From assembly GCF_006345805.1 (NCBI RefSeq), contig NW_021835411.1:1-41846 (forward strand): a stretch of 41,846 nt of DNA, written 5' to 3'. The notes beneath the pieces were generated by a model, which was not told the DNA's origin, did not search any database, and was given only the letters and a program-made list of their open reading frames with translations. Positions 24,192 through 37,159 of this stretch are shown piece by piece (within the stretch, counting starts at the first letter, position 1; each line of letters starts with the position of its first letter). Both the position numbers and the translations under genes were made by a program. Origin of the DNA: Octopus sinensis. Lineage: Eukaryota.

Positions 24192-24495
24192 TATATATAA
24201 TATATATATATATAAAACTTTATACATAAAGAACGTGAAATTCACGAATTGACGAACATGGAAAACAGACAGTCATTCAGAGCCTTCATTCTTCAGTCAG
24301 AAACCGATTCATCATGGCAAATTTCGGCTGTTTAATTCTGAGATTTGCTCCAAAACGGCCAGCCCCAAGGAAAAGCTAAGCTATGGGCATTAGATTTGCT
24401 TGGTAGAAGGAAAGAATGTGACAACAGAGACGAATAGGGAAACAAGAGACGAAGATAAAATTGGAAACAGTAACGAATATATATATATATATATG

Positions 24496-24619
<124 letters not shown>

Positions 24620-24663
24620 CGGAAAAATAGAGGTTAAAATATTTTTTATTAATATACTTATAG

Positions 24664-24702
24664 CTTCAACCGGTTTCACAGTTTACACTGATTTTCAAAA
24701 AG
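24664..24702 (-). ncRNA. Hammerhead-like motif with U3/A8 core (duplicate at 25927-25965)
   Basis: CTTT-TTGAAAA-T-CAGT-GTAA-ACTG-T-GAAAC-CG-GT-T^GAAG. Confidence 0.5.
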
Positions 24703-25216
24703 TTCAAATAGAAAGATGTGGCTTATGTTGTAGCGTCTTGCTTCTGACACTAGTATTCGAAGCTTGTCCTATTTTTTATAGGGAGTTCATGGCTCAAATT
24801 AGTATGTTTTGAATAGGATTTGATTGGTAGAGGATAGTCACATGACTGGTCTTAGAAATTTTTGTAGGTTCTTGGCTATGTCCATGTGTTAGTATGGTGT
24901 TGTAGGTTAAGGCCGACACGCTTGACTGAACATGTCTAAACAATCAATGCTCTAGATGTTTTCTCTCAAGTGTTTGCAAAGAATGAACACATGATTAAGT
25001 TTATAACCTTTTGTATGTGTCACATGACAGTATATTTTGTGCCTAAAAAGAATGCCGCCACGGTTGATTGAACATCTTTAGTTATAATCAAGGCACTCCA
25101 AGTTTAATCTGTCTGGTGGGAGAGTGGAGAGGCATTGTTTTATGTAGTCCAGTGGCTAAAATTTAGTTGTTAGCTGTGTAGGTTTCACTGAATTAATTTT
25201 GTGTGTGGATTGTCAT

Positions 25217-25850
25217 AGGCGCAGGAGTGGCTGTTTGGTAAGTAGCTTGCTAACCAACCACATGGTTCCGGGTTCAGTCCCACTGCATGGCATCTTGGGC
25301 AAGTGTCTTCTGCTATAGCCCCGGGCCGACCAATGCCTTGTGAGTGGATTTGGTAGACGGAAACTGAAAGAAGCCTGTCGTATATATGTATATATATATA
25401 AGTGTGTGTGAATATGTTTGTGTGTCTGCGTTTGTTCCCCTAGCATTGCTTGACAACCGATGCTGGTGTGTTTACGTCCCTGTCAAAAGAGACCGATAGA
25501 ATAAGTACTGGGCTTACAAAGAATAAGTCCCGGGGTCGATTTGCTGGACTAAAGGCGGTGCTCCAGCATGGCCGCAGTCAAATGACTGAAACAAGTAAAA
25601 AGAGTAAAAAAGAGAGTATGTACTCTCTTTTACTCTTTTACTTATTTCAGTCATTTGACTGCGGCCATGCTGGAGCACCGCCTTTAGTCCAGCAAATCGA
25701 CCCCGGGACTTATTCTTTGTAAGCCCAGTACTTATTCTATCGGTCTTTTTTGCTGAAATGCTAAATGATGGGGACATAAACACACTAGCATCGGTTGTCA
25801 AGCAATGCTGGGGGGACAAACACAGACACACAAACACATACACACACACA
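25217..25850. mobile_element. Tail-to-tail pair of family A SINEs (repeated at 26480-27380)
   Basis: Plus copy 25217-25618 and minus copy from 25621; junction AGAGAGTA-TG-TACTCTCT. Confidence 0.9.
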
Positions 25851-27117
25851 CACACACCACCACACACACATAATATATATATCGGAAAAATAGAGGTTAA
25901 AATATTTTTTATTAATATACTTATAGCTTCAACCGGTTTCACAGTTTACACTGATTTTCAAAAAGTTCAAATAGAAAGATGTGGCTTATGTTGTAGGCGT
26001 CTTGCTTCTGACACTAGTATTCGAAGCTTGTCCTATTTTTTATAGGGAGTTCATGGCTCAAATTAGTATGTTTTGAATAGGATTTGATTGGTAGAGGATA
26101 GTCACATGACTGGTCTTAGAAATTTTTGTAGGTTCTTGGCTATGTCCATGTGTTAGTATGGTGTTGTAGGTTAAGGCCGACACGCTTGACTGAACATGTC
26201 TAAACAATCAATGCTCTAGATGTTTTCTCTCAAGTGTTTGCAAAGAATGAACACCTGATTAAGTTTATAACCTTTTGTATGTGTCACATGACAGTATATT
26301 TTGTGCCTAAAAAGAATGCCGCCACGGTTGATTGAACATCTTTAGTTATAATCAAGGCACTCCAAGTTTAATCTGTCTGGTGGGAGAGTGGAGAGGCATT
26401 GTTTTATGTAGTCCAGTGGCTAAAATTTAGTTGTTAGCTGTGTAGGTTTCACTGAATTAATTTTGTGTGTGGATTGTCATAGGCGCAGGAGTGGCTGTTT
26501 GGTAAGTAGCTTGCTAACCAACCACATGGTTCCGGGTTCAGTCCCACTGCATGGCATCTTGGGCAAGTGTCTTCTGCTATAGCCCCGGGCCGACCAATGC
26601 TTGTGAGTGGATTTGGTAGACGGAAACTGAAAGAAGCCTGTCGTATATATGTATATATATAAGTGTGTGTGAATATGTTTGTGTGTCTGCGTTTGTTCCC
26701 CTAGCATTGCTTGACAACCGATGCTGGTGTGTTTACGTCCCTGTCAAAAGAGACCGATAGAATAAGTACTGGGCTTACAAAGAATAAGTCCCGGGGTCGA
26801 TTTGCTGGACTAAAGGCGGTGCTCCAGCATGGCCGCAGTCAAATGACTGAAACAAGTAAAAAGAGTAAAAAAGAGAGTATGTACTCTCTTTTACTCTTTT
26901 ACTTATTTCAGTCATTTGACTGCGGCCATGCTGGAGCACCGCCTTTAGTCCAGCAAATCGACCCCGGGACTTATTCTTTGTAAGCCCAGTACTTATTCTA
27001 TCGGTCTTTTTTGCTGAAATGCTAAATGATGGGGACATAAACACACTAGCATCGGTTGTCAAGCAATGCTGGGGGGACAAACACAGACACACAAACACAT
27101 ACACACACACACACACT

Positions 27118-27160
<43 letters not shown>

Positions 27161-27163
27161 TAT

Positions 27164-27195
<32 letters not shown>

Positions 27196-27716
27196 ATATA
27201 TATATATATATACATATATACGACAGGCTTCTTTCAGTTTCCATCTACCAAATCCACTCACAAGGCATTGGTCAGCCCGGGGCCATAGCAGAAGACACTT
27301 GTCCAAGACGCCACGCAGTGGGACTGAACCTGGAACCATGTGGTTGGTTAGCAAGCTACTTACCACACAGCCACTCCTGTTAAATTTTTTAAAGCCTTTG
27401 TTTGTACTTTTGTATGAAAGTATTTTCATCTGTGGTATTCACTGAACATAGGTAGAGTAGGAAGACCTGGAATTTGTGGGACTTATTTCTTGCACATATT
27501 TCTATGTGTTCACTCAGTGGAATCTGTCTAATACTGGGATCTCGTATTTGTTGTTGCTGAACGAATTTGTTGTCACCGACATCATCATTTTGTAACAGCC
27601 ATTGGTCATGCTTGCATACATTGAACAGGTTCACTGGATGCCCTTGCTAACACATGCAAACATGTGTTGATATTTTTTTATACTTATGATTTTTATATTT
27701 ATGAATTTTCTTTTAG

Positions 27717-27835
27717 AAACACCAAGAGAAGATGGCGCATCATTTACTTCGAGGTGTTTCACTTGTGGATCAAATCAGACCATTATTCTGACACTTCTTG
27801 CTGCTGGGGCCATGTTTTTATTTGATGGCTTACAG
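27717..27835 (+). CDS. MFSD4: MFSD4-family exon D
   Basis: ttcttttag|AA acceptor (phase 1, G|AA=E), CAG|gtaagt donor. Reads ETPREDGASFTSRCFTCGSNQTIILTLLAAGAMFLFDGLQ. Confidence 0.9.
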
Positions 27836-28356
27836 GTAAGTTTTTCTCTCACATATATGCATACATACATATATATATACACCATAGGTGCGTCAGATTA
27901 TGTACCCCAACTTGGTTTCATGGGAAAAAAGCAAAAGAAACTGATGTGAGTTCTCCAAATCCAATCTATTAGTGGCACAGTGAAGATCTGTAAGACATTG
28001 CAGAAATTCTCGATCTGAGATTCAACCAACACATGGATTCTACCACATATTCACAAACAATGAGATCTCTAACTCAAAAATGTCGTGGTGCTTTGTTATG
28101 GTCTGGTTTGAACTCTCTCAAGAAGAACTTAAATAAAGCAAAAAGATCTATCTATCTATCTCTCTATCTGTCTGTCTCTCTGTCCGTCTATCTATCTATC
28201 TAACTATCTAACTATTTATCTATACATACATACATACATACATACATACATACATACATACATACATACATACATACATACATACATACATACATAATAT
28301 ATCGTTGGCGATCTTTTTCCTCCGTCTTCCCTTCTCTGGATCTTTCCTTTTCCTAT

Positions 28357-28391
28357 GTTTCTGACGAAGAGCTCTGCTCGAAACATAAAAC
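28357..28391 (+). ncRNA. Minimal hammerhead-like motif (stem III CpG-decayed)
   Basis: GTTT-CTGACGA-A-GAGC-TCT-GCTC-GAAAC-AT-A^AAAC. Confidence 0.58.
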
Positions 28392-28491
28392 TCTCCTTCT
28401 TCCCTTCCTTCCTGAGCATCCAATAATACTATATTTTTTCCACGTCCTCGCGTTGTTGTGTTTTCTTTTTTGTGTTTTCATGTTTGGATTA

Positions 28492-28540
<49 letters not shown>

Positions 28541-28928
28541 CTGTGACCTCTTCAGCTACACTTTCCATCTTTGTGTGTGGACTAAGCGGAGCAGGGGCAT
28601 CACTGAAAATGTCACAGTTGGGTGATAAAAGATTTCCAGGAGGCCTCACCAGGCTCCAATGTGGTTCTGGCATATTTATATCTTAATATCTGCTTTTATG
28701 TCCAGCTGTAAAAAAAAAAAACAATTTCACATTAATCTGACGGGTTACACTAAACTCTCATACGGTACCAGTTTTTAATTCTCAAACAGGAATGTTGTTG
28801 ACAGTAACTTCGAAGTTCCTGCCTACTAAGCCATTGTTCTACTATATATACTAATTTCAATCCTATATACACCTTATTCGTTATATATACGCCCATTTAC
28901 TGCAACTTTTACTCCTTTTCTTTTTCAG

Positions 28929-29021
28929 TCATCTTACGGAGGATATGTGTATTCGTATTCCGTGAAATCTGTGACAGGACTAAAACAATCAGAAGGAGCC
29001 GTACTCAATGCTTGTTTTTGG
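28929..29021 (+). CDS. MFSD4: MFSD4-family exon E
   Basis: tttttcag|TCA acceptor, TGG|gtgagt donor, 93 nt. Reads SSYGGYVYSYSVKSVTGLKQSEGAVLNACFW. Too short to appear in the ORF track. Confidence 0.92.
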
Positions 29022-29379
29022 GTGAGTATCTCTGTCCGGAACTAATACTCTGCTACTACCTTAACAGTAGATCAACACCACTTCACTACCAACACTACAA
29101 GTTTCATGTCACTGCAATCTCTAGGCAAGCATTATTAGAACTCCCAAAACCATAATACCACACAACCATAATTACATCATCATTCCCACTTCTTTTCTTC
29201 CTCCTTCTTTGTGCCCCACCACCACTACTATGCCTTTATTCACAATTGCAATTGTAATCAAGGGCTTCCTTATAGTTTCCTTCCCAAGACTCGAGTCAAC
29301 CCCCCCCCCAAGTCATCAGGTGTCTTGGGGAAATTTCGAACCTGGGTTCTCATTCCTTAGATATTTTTCGATGTTGTTA

Positions 29380-29431
<52 letters not shown>

Positions 29432-29661
29432 GAAAGTCATTGCCTGGGATCGAACTCAGAATCTTGGGGTTAGTAGCCCATGCTCTTAACCACTATGCCA
29501 TATGCTCTGATGAAGGCTGGAGGGTATATCAGCCACAACGTTGTGTTAACAACAAACAAGATGAGGACAAATATCCGTCAAATGTAAATAATGTAAATAA
29601 TGTACATCATTCCTCATCTCTTAAATATAGAACTGTAAGTAATAATAAATTGCAAATTAAA

Positions 29662-30207
29662 TATTGGGTTGTCTGGAAAGTTCATGCCGATTTTTAAAGG
29701 AAAGAAAAAGGTCAATAAATACTTGTCATTACATTTTTAATCAACCAAATATGAACCATTTTGTTGCACAATTCATCTCCACCTTTCCTTTAACTTCAAA
29801 ATACCCTCTTCCCAGAATTCATCAAGGTATCTTTTTACGTCATCCAAGGAATTGAAATTTTTACCTGTAAGACTATTCTGCAGAGACCTGAATAAGTGGA
29901 AATTCGAAGGAGCAACATCTGGTGAATATGGAGGGTGGGGTAACACATCCCAGCCGAACTGCAGCAATTTTTGTCTGGTTCCCAAAGCATCAAGTGCCGA
30001 AAAGGAACTTTCCTATCTTCCATTTTAAAGGGTTACAGAATTAACACAGGTTATAGGAACATAAACCTTCTTCCACGAAAAGATAGCTTAAACTGTGCTC
30101 TAAATGGAGGTGTGGTCAAATCCTATTTTATGGACTCAAACATGTTCTAAAATAAGTCGAAAGGTAAGCTACTATAAATCGGCACAAACTTTCCGGACAA
30201 CCTAATA
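29662..30207 (-). mobile_element. Internally deleted mariner (TA-flanked, both TIRs)
   Basis: TIRs TA-TTGGGTTGTCTGGAAAGTTCATGCCGATTT and AAATCGGCACAAACTTTCCGGACAACCTAA-TA. Encodes TRQKLLQFGWDVLPHPPYSPDVAPSNFHLFRSLQNSL (YSPDLAP motif). Confidence 0.92.
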
Positions 30208-30332
30208 TAATTTTGGGCATGTGATATCAAAATTCTAATTTTCTGGCCTATGTTTCAAAGTTTTGGCCATGACTGTATATACACACCTGGCTGTATAAAT
30301 ATAGACATACACGTGTATGCAGTTTTTTTTTA

Positions 30333-30718
30333 AATTACACTCATCTTGTATTTTCAGGGTACTTTTAAAATTTTTTAAATTTAAATTTAAATTTTTTAAT
30401 TTTTTAATTTTTAAAAATTTTAATTTTAATTAAAAAATTTTTAATTAAAAAATTTTTTGAAATTTAAATTTAAATTTTTTAATTTTCAATTTTTTAATTT
30501 TAATTTTAATTTTAATTTTAATCTTTTAATTTTTTTAATTACACTCGTCTTGTATTTTCAGGGTACTTTTTTAATTATTTCAATTTTTTAATTTTTTAAA
30601 ATTAAAATTAAAATTAAAATTAAAATTAAAATTAAAATTTTTTAATTTTTAAAAATTTTAATTTTAATATTTTAATTTTTTTAATTACACTCATGTCTTG
30701 TATTTTCAGGGTACTTTT
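30333..30718 (+). other. Triplicated 3' splice-site cassette
   Basis: AATTACACTC(A/G)T..CTTGTATTTTCAG|GGTACTTTT with CAG ending at 30357, 30561 and 30709, separated by (TTTTAA)-type tracts. Confidence 0.9.
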
Positions 30719-30790
30719 GCTCTTGGCCGTCTCATTGCCATTGTGTTGGCATCGAGGTTCACCGCTGCTTTCATGCTGCTTGTTAACATT
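30710..30790 (+). CDS. MFSD4: MFSD4-family exon F
   Basis: ttttcag|GGT acceptor, ATT|gtaagt donor, 81 nt. Reads GTFALGRLIAIVLASRFTAAFMLLVNI, giving the FWG..LGRL motif across the junction. Confidence 0.92.
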
Positions 30791-30982
30791 GTAAGTATAT
30801 TCCACATCAGTCTTTCGTCATTTTCCATCATCACCATTATTTAACGTCCCGTTTTCCATGTGTGCAAAGGGGAAAACCTGAGGGCACACGAACAGGCAAC
30901 TATGGAGGGTGAGACGAAATTTCCCAGCCAAGCGCCAGTCACATCTGCTACGTTTGCAAAGATATGTGTAGTCTGGCATTGT

Positions 30983-32045
30983 CATCCATTTGCAGCCCCC
31001 GGACCCCACAAAAAAAAGAAAATGTAGACCTAAAAGCTGACCCAAAAGTGGTGCCCCTTTAAAAGTGCTACCTGGGGCAGACCGCTCCTAGCACTCCTCC
31101 AACCTAGCTACACCAGTGCCTCCTATTGCTTTTCTCTGCTTCATCACATGTTGCTTGTCTCCACTTCCCCTCCTGTCACTAGCATAGCTAGAACGTGGGC
31201 CACTCAGGGTAGCCCATCCGTTTGCAGCCCCCAGACCCCACAAAAAAACAAAAACATGTAGACCTAAAAGCTGACCCAAAAGTGGTGCCCCATTAAAAGT
31301 TCTGGCCGGGACAGACCGCTCCTAGCACCCCCACCACCTAGCTACACCAGTGCCCCCTATTGCTTTTCTCTGCTTCATCACCTGTTGCTTGTCTCCACCT
31401 CCTGTGACTAGCATAGCTAGAACGTGGGCCACCCAGGGTAGCCCATCCATTTACTGCCCCCAGACCCCACAAAAAAACCCAAAAAAACATGTAGACCTAA
31501 AAGCTGACCCAAAAGTGGTGCCCTTTTAAAAATGCTGCCTAGGGCAGACGGCTCCTAGCATCCCCACCACCTAGCTACACTAGTGCCCCCTATTGCCTTT
31601 CTCTACTTCATCACCTGTTGCTTGTCTCCACCTCCCCTCCTGTGACTAGCATAGCTAGAAAGTGGGCCACCCAGGGTAGCCCATCCGTTTACTGCCCCCA
31701 GACCCCAAAAAACATGTAGACCTAAAAGCTGACCCAAAAGTGGTGTCCCTTTAAAAGTGCTACTCGGGACAGACCACTCCTAGCACCCCCCCCACTAGCT
31801 ACACCAGTGTCCCCTATTGCTTTTCTCTGCTTCATCACCTGTTGCTTGTCTCCACTTCCCCTCCTGTCACTAGCATAGCTAGAATGTGGGCCACCCAGGG
31901 TAGCCCATCCGTTTGCTGCCCCCAGACCCCACAAAAAAAAACAAAAAAACATGTAGACCTAAAAGCTGACCCAAAAGTGGTGCCCCTTTAAAAGTGCCCC
32001 CTATTGCCTTTCTCTACTTCATCACCTGTTTCTTGTCTCCACTTC
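30983..32045. repeat. ~232-bp satellite, about 4.5 units
   Basis: GTAGACCTAAAAGCTGACCC restarts at 31024, 31258, 31491, 31716 and 31953. Confidence 0.95.
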
Positions 32046-32147
32046 ACCCCCAGTCGCTTGCCTGTGTTTCCTCTCCATCTGCTTGTTCCCATCTCACCTT
32101 CTGTTGCTTGCTCCTACTTCATCTCCTTTTCATTGTCTCTTTTCCAG

Positions 32148-32295
32148 GTTGGTGCGTGTGTCACTATAACACTAACGATTATACTGAGTGGCAACCACAT
32201 AGGCATCTACCTTGGATCATGCTTTCTGGGACTCTTTCTAAGCAGTGCTTCCCCAACTGTTCTCTCGCTGACAGAACAATTTGTCAACATTAACT
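32148..32295 (+). CDS. MFSD4: MFSD4-family exon G
   Basis: tttccag|GTT acceptor, AACT|gtgagt donor (phase 1). Reads VGACVTITLTIILSGNHIGIYLGSCFLGLFLSSASPTVLSLTEQFVNIN with the LGLFLSS.P motif. Confidence 0.93.
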
Positions 32296-32324
32296 GTGAG
32301 TCTTAGCATTATTTGCTAGTTTAT

Positions 32325-32512
32325 TCTTTTACTCTTTTACTCTTTTACTTGTTTCAGTCATTTGGCTGTGGCCATGCTGGAGCACCGCCTTTTAGTCGAG
32401 GAAATCGACCCCAGGTCTCTTTTGCCGAACTGCTAAGTTACGGGGACATAAACACACCAGCATCGGTTGTCAAGCAATGTTGGTGGGGGACAAACACAAC
32501 ACACAAACATAT

Positions 32513-32599
<87 letters not shown>

Positions 32600-32893
32600 T
32601 ATACATAATTTACGAGATAAGGGCAAAAGAATTTTTCTTTTGCCCTTATCTTGTAAATTATTTATAAATTAACCTTTAAAGGTATTTTTTGATATGCTGG
32701 CCATTGATGAAATTTTTTTTCCCGAAAAAATTTTTTATCCTACATTAATTATATATATATACATATATACGACAGGCTTCTTTCAGTTTCTATCTACCAA
32801 ATCCACTCACAAGGCTTTGGTCGGCCCGAGGCTATAGTAGAAGACACTTGCCCAAGGTGCCACACAGTGGGACTGAACCCAGAACCATGTGGT
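32325..32893 (-). mobile_element. SINE family A interrupted in its (TA)n by a hairpin-containing insert
   Basis: Tail 32325-32520, insert about 32605-32745, head 32765-32893. Confidence 0.8.
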
Positions 32894-33109
32894 TAATTTG
32901 TTTGTTGATGTGGTTGTTATTATTATTATTATTATTGAGTGAGAGGGTAGTACATGCCATCAAAGTGACACTGGGGTAAAATATACAAAGCCCAGTAAAA
33001 GCATCATGACTACACATCTGACATTAAAGTGACAGACATCTCATTTTAACAGATGTATTTACCAAAATTACATACAAATATCTTGAAATACTAAAGGGTA
33101 AATTTATCC

Positions 33110-33730
33110 AATAAAATCACTATTCACTTCAACCACAGCCTCCAGACTACCTTGGATTCTCCTGCAACTCTTCTGGATGGTCTTAAGTTGGTGAATGCTG
33201 CCATAATCCTTGCCTTCAGTTCATCTTTGGTGTTACAAGGAGTTTTGAGTTTTGTTGATCTCTCACTCAACTGCACCCCACACATAATAATGAAGTGGGT
33301 TGCAGTCTGGGGAGCTAGGTGGCCAGATGTGGTCACAGAAATTGTCTGACAGCCATGACTGGGTTCTCCTGCTTGAGTGGCACAGTGTGGGGTCCTGTTA
33401 CCAGACATAAGGTCTTCCAGCAGCTATCCTCTTGACCCAGGGCAGCACTACCTCCTCCAGGCATTTGATGTAGGCCTCAGTGCTGAGTCTGAGGCCATGT
33501 GGGAGGATGAATGGAAGCATAATGTAGCCATCACTAGTGATCACTCCAAACGCCATGATGGTGACTGGGTGTTTGGTTTTTATCACCCTTGGTACATGTC
33601 CTCAAATTGCACTGATTTCAGATTGACACCCAAACATTCTGAAATGTTCGTATTGGAGCTTCCAAATTTCTGGCAGAGTGAATTGCAACATGGTGGTGTT
33701 CTTCTCACAGACGGTGCCCAACTGACCCTA
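33110..33730 (-). mobile_element. Degenerate Tc1/mariner-superfamily transposase, probably DD37D (maT) type
   Basis: KTKHPVTIMAFGVITSDGYIMLPFILPHGLRLSTEAYIKCLEEVVLPWVKRIAAGRPYVW, then WPPSSPDCNPLHYYVWG and TPCNTKDELKARIMAAF; N-terminal GSSNTNISECLGVNL. Confidence 0.78.
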
Positions 33731-34067
33731 CTATACTGTGTAGTCAACAAAATCAAAAACGAACAATGTGCATGCATGAAATAAAAAATATAAAATGGCA
33801 ATAATTTACCCATCGCACCCTCTGTGTGTGTGTGCATATATTCATATATATATATATATATAATAGAAATATTAAAAGTCTCTCTAAAGGAGATTACGGC
33901 AGCGTTACTGGAAATTAATAGTTATCGCCATACTAATAAGGCAGTCTTATAAATATAAGACTAAAGCTGTCGCTGATTAGCTCTAAGAGGCCACCGCCTC
34001 AAGCTAGCTATTTGACACACGAACCTGTGTCCATTACAAACCTTCGAACAAGGGAGGTCATTTGTAT

Positions 34068-34116
<49 letters not shown>

Positions 34117-34168
34117 TATATAAATATGTACATATATATATGTTATATATGTGTGTATGTGTGTGTAT

Positions 34169-34202
<34 letters not shown>

Positions 34203-34413
34203 CAGGATTTTTTGCATAATGAGATAAAAAACCAAGGCTGTGTAGATATTAGAACATTTATAGATAGAAGGTCTATATATCTATATATCTATATATATAT
34301 ATATATATAATATATATATATATACACACATATAAAACTATATATATTTATGTACTTATACATAGATCCATTTATTGACCCATAACATGTATATCATCAT
34401 CATCATCATCATC

Positions 34414-34493
<80 letters not shown>

Positions 34494-34714
34494 GCAGCCT
34501 GTCAGTAATGAGGACAAGGGCTCCAGTTGGTCTGATGAATGGTAGTACCTGCTTGTGGGATTAACACTCAAGTGGCTGAGCACTCCACAGACACGTGTAC
34601 ACTGTAGTTCTCTGGGAGATTTAGCATGACACGGGATGTAGCAAGGCTGGCAGTTTGAAATACAAGTACATCTTCTTTTTAGCCAGCTGTGTAGTACATA
34701 CACATCACACCACA

Positions 34715-35416
34715 TATACATACATACATACATACATACATACATACATACATACATACATACATCATACATAGAAACATATATACATACATTCATGCAT
34801 ACATACATACATACAAACATACATGAATACATCCATCCATCCATCCATCCATCCATACATACATACATAAATACATACATACAAACATGCATGCATGCAT
34901 ACATACATACATACATACATACACACATACATACAAACATACATACATACACACACATACACATACATACACACATACATACATACATACACACATACAA
35001 ACATACATACATACATACAAACATGCATGCATGCATACATACATACATACATACATACACACATACATACATCATACATACATACATACACACATACATA
35101 CACACATACATACATAACATACATACATACATACATACATACATACATACAAACATGCATGCATGCATGCATACATACATACATAATACATACATACATA
35201 CATACACACACATACACACATACATACATACATACACACACATACACATACATACATATATACATGCATACATCCATCCATCCATCCATCCATCCATCCA
35301 TACATACATACATAAATACAAACATACAAACATACATACATGCATACATACATACATACATGCATACATACATACATACATACATACATACATGCATACA
35401 TACATACATACATACA

Positions 35417-35448
<32 letters not shown>

Positions 35449-35812
35449 CATACATACATACATACATACATGCATACATACATACATATACATACATACA
35501 TACATACATACACACACACATACATATACCCATACATACATACATACATACAAACATACATACACACATACATACATACATACACACAACATACATACAT
35601 ATACATACACACATACTACATACATATACATACATGCATACATATATACATACACACATACATACATACATACATACATACATACATACATACATACATA
35701 CATACACACATACATATACGCATACATACATACATACATACATACATACATACATACATACAAACACACATACATACATACATACATACATACATACATA
35801 CATACACACATA
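34715..35812. repeat. (ACAT)n microsatellite
   Basis: Direct reading. Confidence 0.97.
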
Positions 35813-36162
35813 TTTGAAAAATGAAAAGAATGACTGATAGTTGTAATTGATTTAATTTTCTAATAAAACAATTTTACAATTTGGTTTTGTAGATCTAGAA
35901 AGTTCTTTGTTAACTTCTGTGAGGAGATTTTCAAAAGGATTCGTTACTCTTTCACTCTTTTACTTGTTTCAGTCATTTGACTGTGGCCATGCAGGAGCAC
36001 CGCCTTTAGTCGAGCAAATCGACCTCGGGACTTATGCTCTGTATGCCGAGTACTTATTCTATCGGTCTCTTTTGCCGAACCGCTAAGTTATGGGAACGTA
36101 AACACACCAGTATCGGTTGTCAAGCGATGTTGAGGGGGACAAACACAGACACACACAAACAC

Positions 36163-36207
<45 letters not shown>

Positions 36208-36334
36208 CATGATGGGCTTCTTTCGTTTTCATGGTATTCATATAAGATTCCAATATCTTGTGAGTAAAACAATGTAGAACCTTTATGACAGCTTCTTGTG
36301 AAAAAAAAGTCTGAAAACTTCTGGAATACATCTC

Positions 36335-36900
36335 GTGTTTGTGTGTGTGTGTTTGTGTGTATGTGTATGTGTGTGTGTGTATGTGTATGTGTGTGTGTGT
36401 ATGTGTGTGAATATGCATGTGTGTGTATGTGTGTGTGTTTGTGTGTGTGTGTATATATGTGTATGTGTGTGTATGTGAATATGTGTGTGAAAATATGTGT
36501 GTTTGTGTGTGTGTGTGTATATATGTGTGCATGCGCATGTATGTAAATATGTGTGTGTTTGTATGTATAGATGTGTGTGTGTGTGTCTGTGTGTGTATAT
36601 ATGTGTATGTGTGTGTGTGTCTGTGTATGTATATATGTGTATGTGTGTGTGTGTGTCTGTGTATGTATATATGTGTATGTGTGTGTGTGTCTGTGTGTGT
36701 ATATATGTGTATGTGTGTGTGTCTGTATGTGTATATATGTGTATGTGTGTGTGTATATATAAGTGTATGTGTGTGTGTATGTGTATATCTGTGCATGTGT
36801 CTGTGTGTGTATATATATGTGTATGTGTGTGTCTGTGTGTGTGTTTGTGTGTATGTATATATGTCTATATATGTTAATGTGTATATGTGCACGCGCGTGC
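36335..36900. repeat. (TG/TA)-rich microsatellite
   Basis: Direct reading. Confidence 0.96.
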
Positions 36901-37017
36901 ACACGTGTTTGTAAACCCATTCATAAATGAATTAATTTCAGATGCAGCTGTAATTTTCGACATTCCATTCAAACTGTTGCTGATGTTCTTGTTGTTGTTG
37001 TTCTTCTCTCTTTCTAG

Positions 37018-37088
37018 CTTCGATCACATCAACACTGGTGGTGTTTGCTGGTATAGGAGAAACACTTTGTCCCGTCATCATTGGCAAT
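37018..37088 (+). CDS. MFSD4: MFSD4-family exon H
   Basis: tttctag|CT acceptor (phase 1), AAT|gtaagt donor. Reads SSITSTLVVFAGIGETLCPVIIGN. No convincing terminal exon was found downstream in the window. Confidence 0.9.
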
Positions 37089-37159
37089 GTAAGTATGACA
37101 TGGCCGGAGGGAGGTCTAGGGAGGTTATGTTAGTGGTTAGGGGCATGGGTAGGGCAGTT

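Noticed and set aside
29503-29545. Active hammerhead
   Set aside because: CTGATGA-A-GGCT..AGCC is intact but GAAA reads ACAA and stem I does not pair, so it is counted only as a dead relic. 29283-29330 and 5030-5050 are still more decayed and are not counted.
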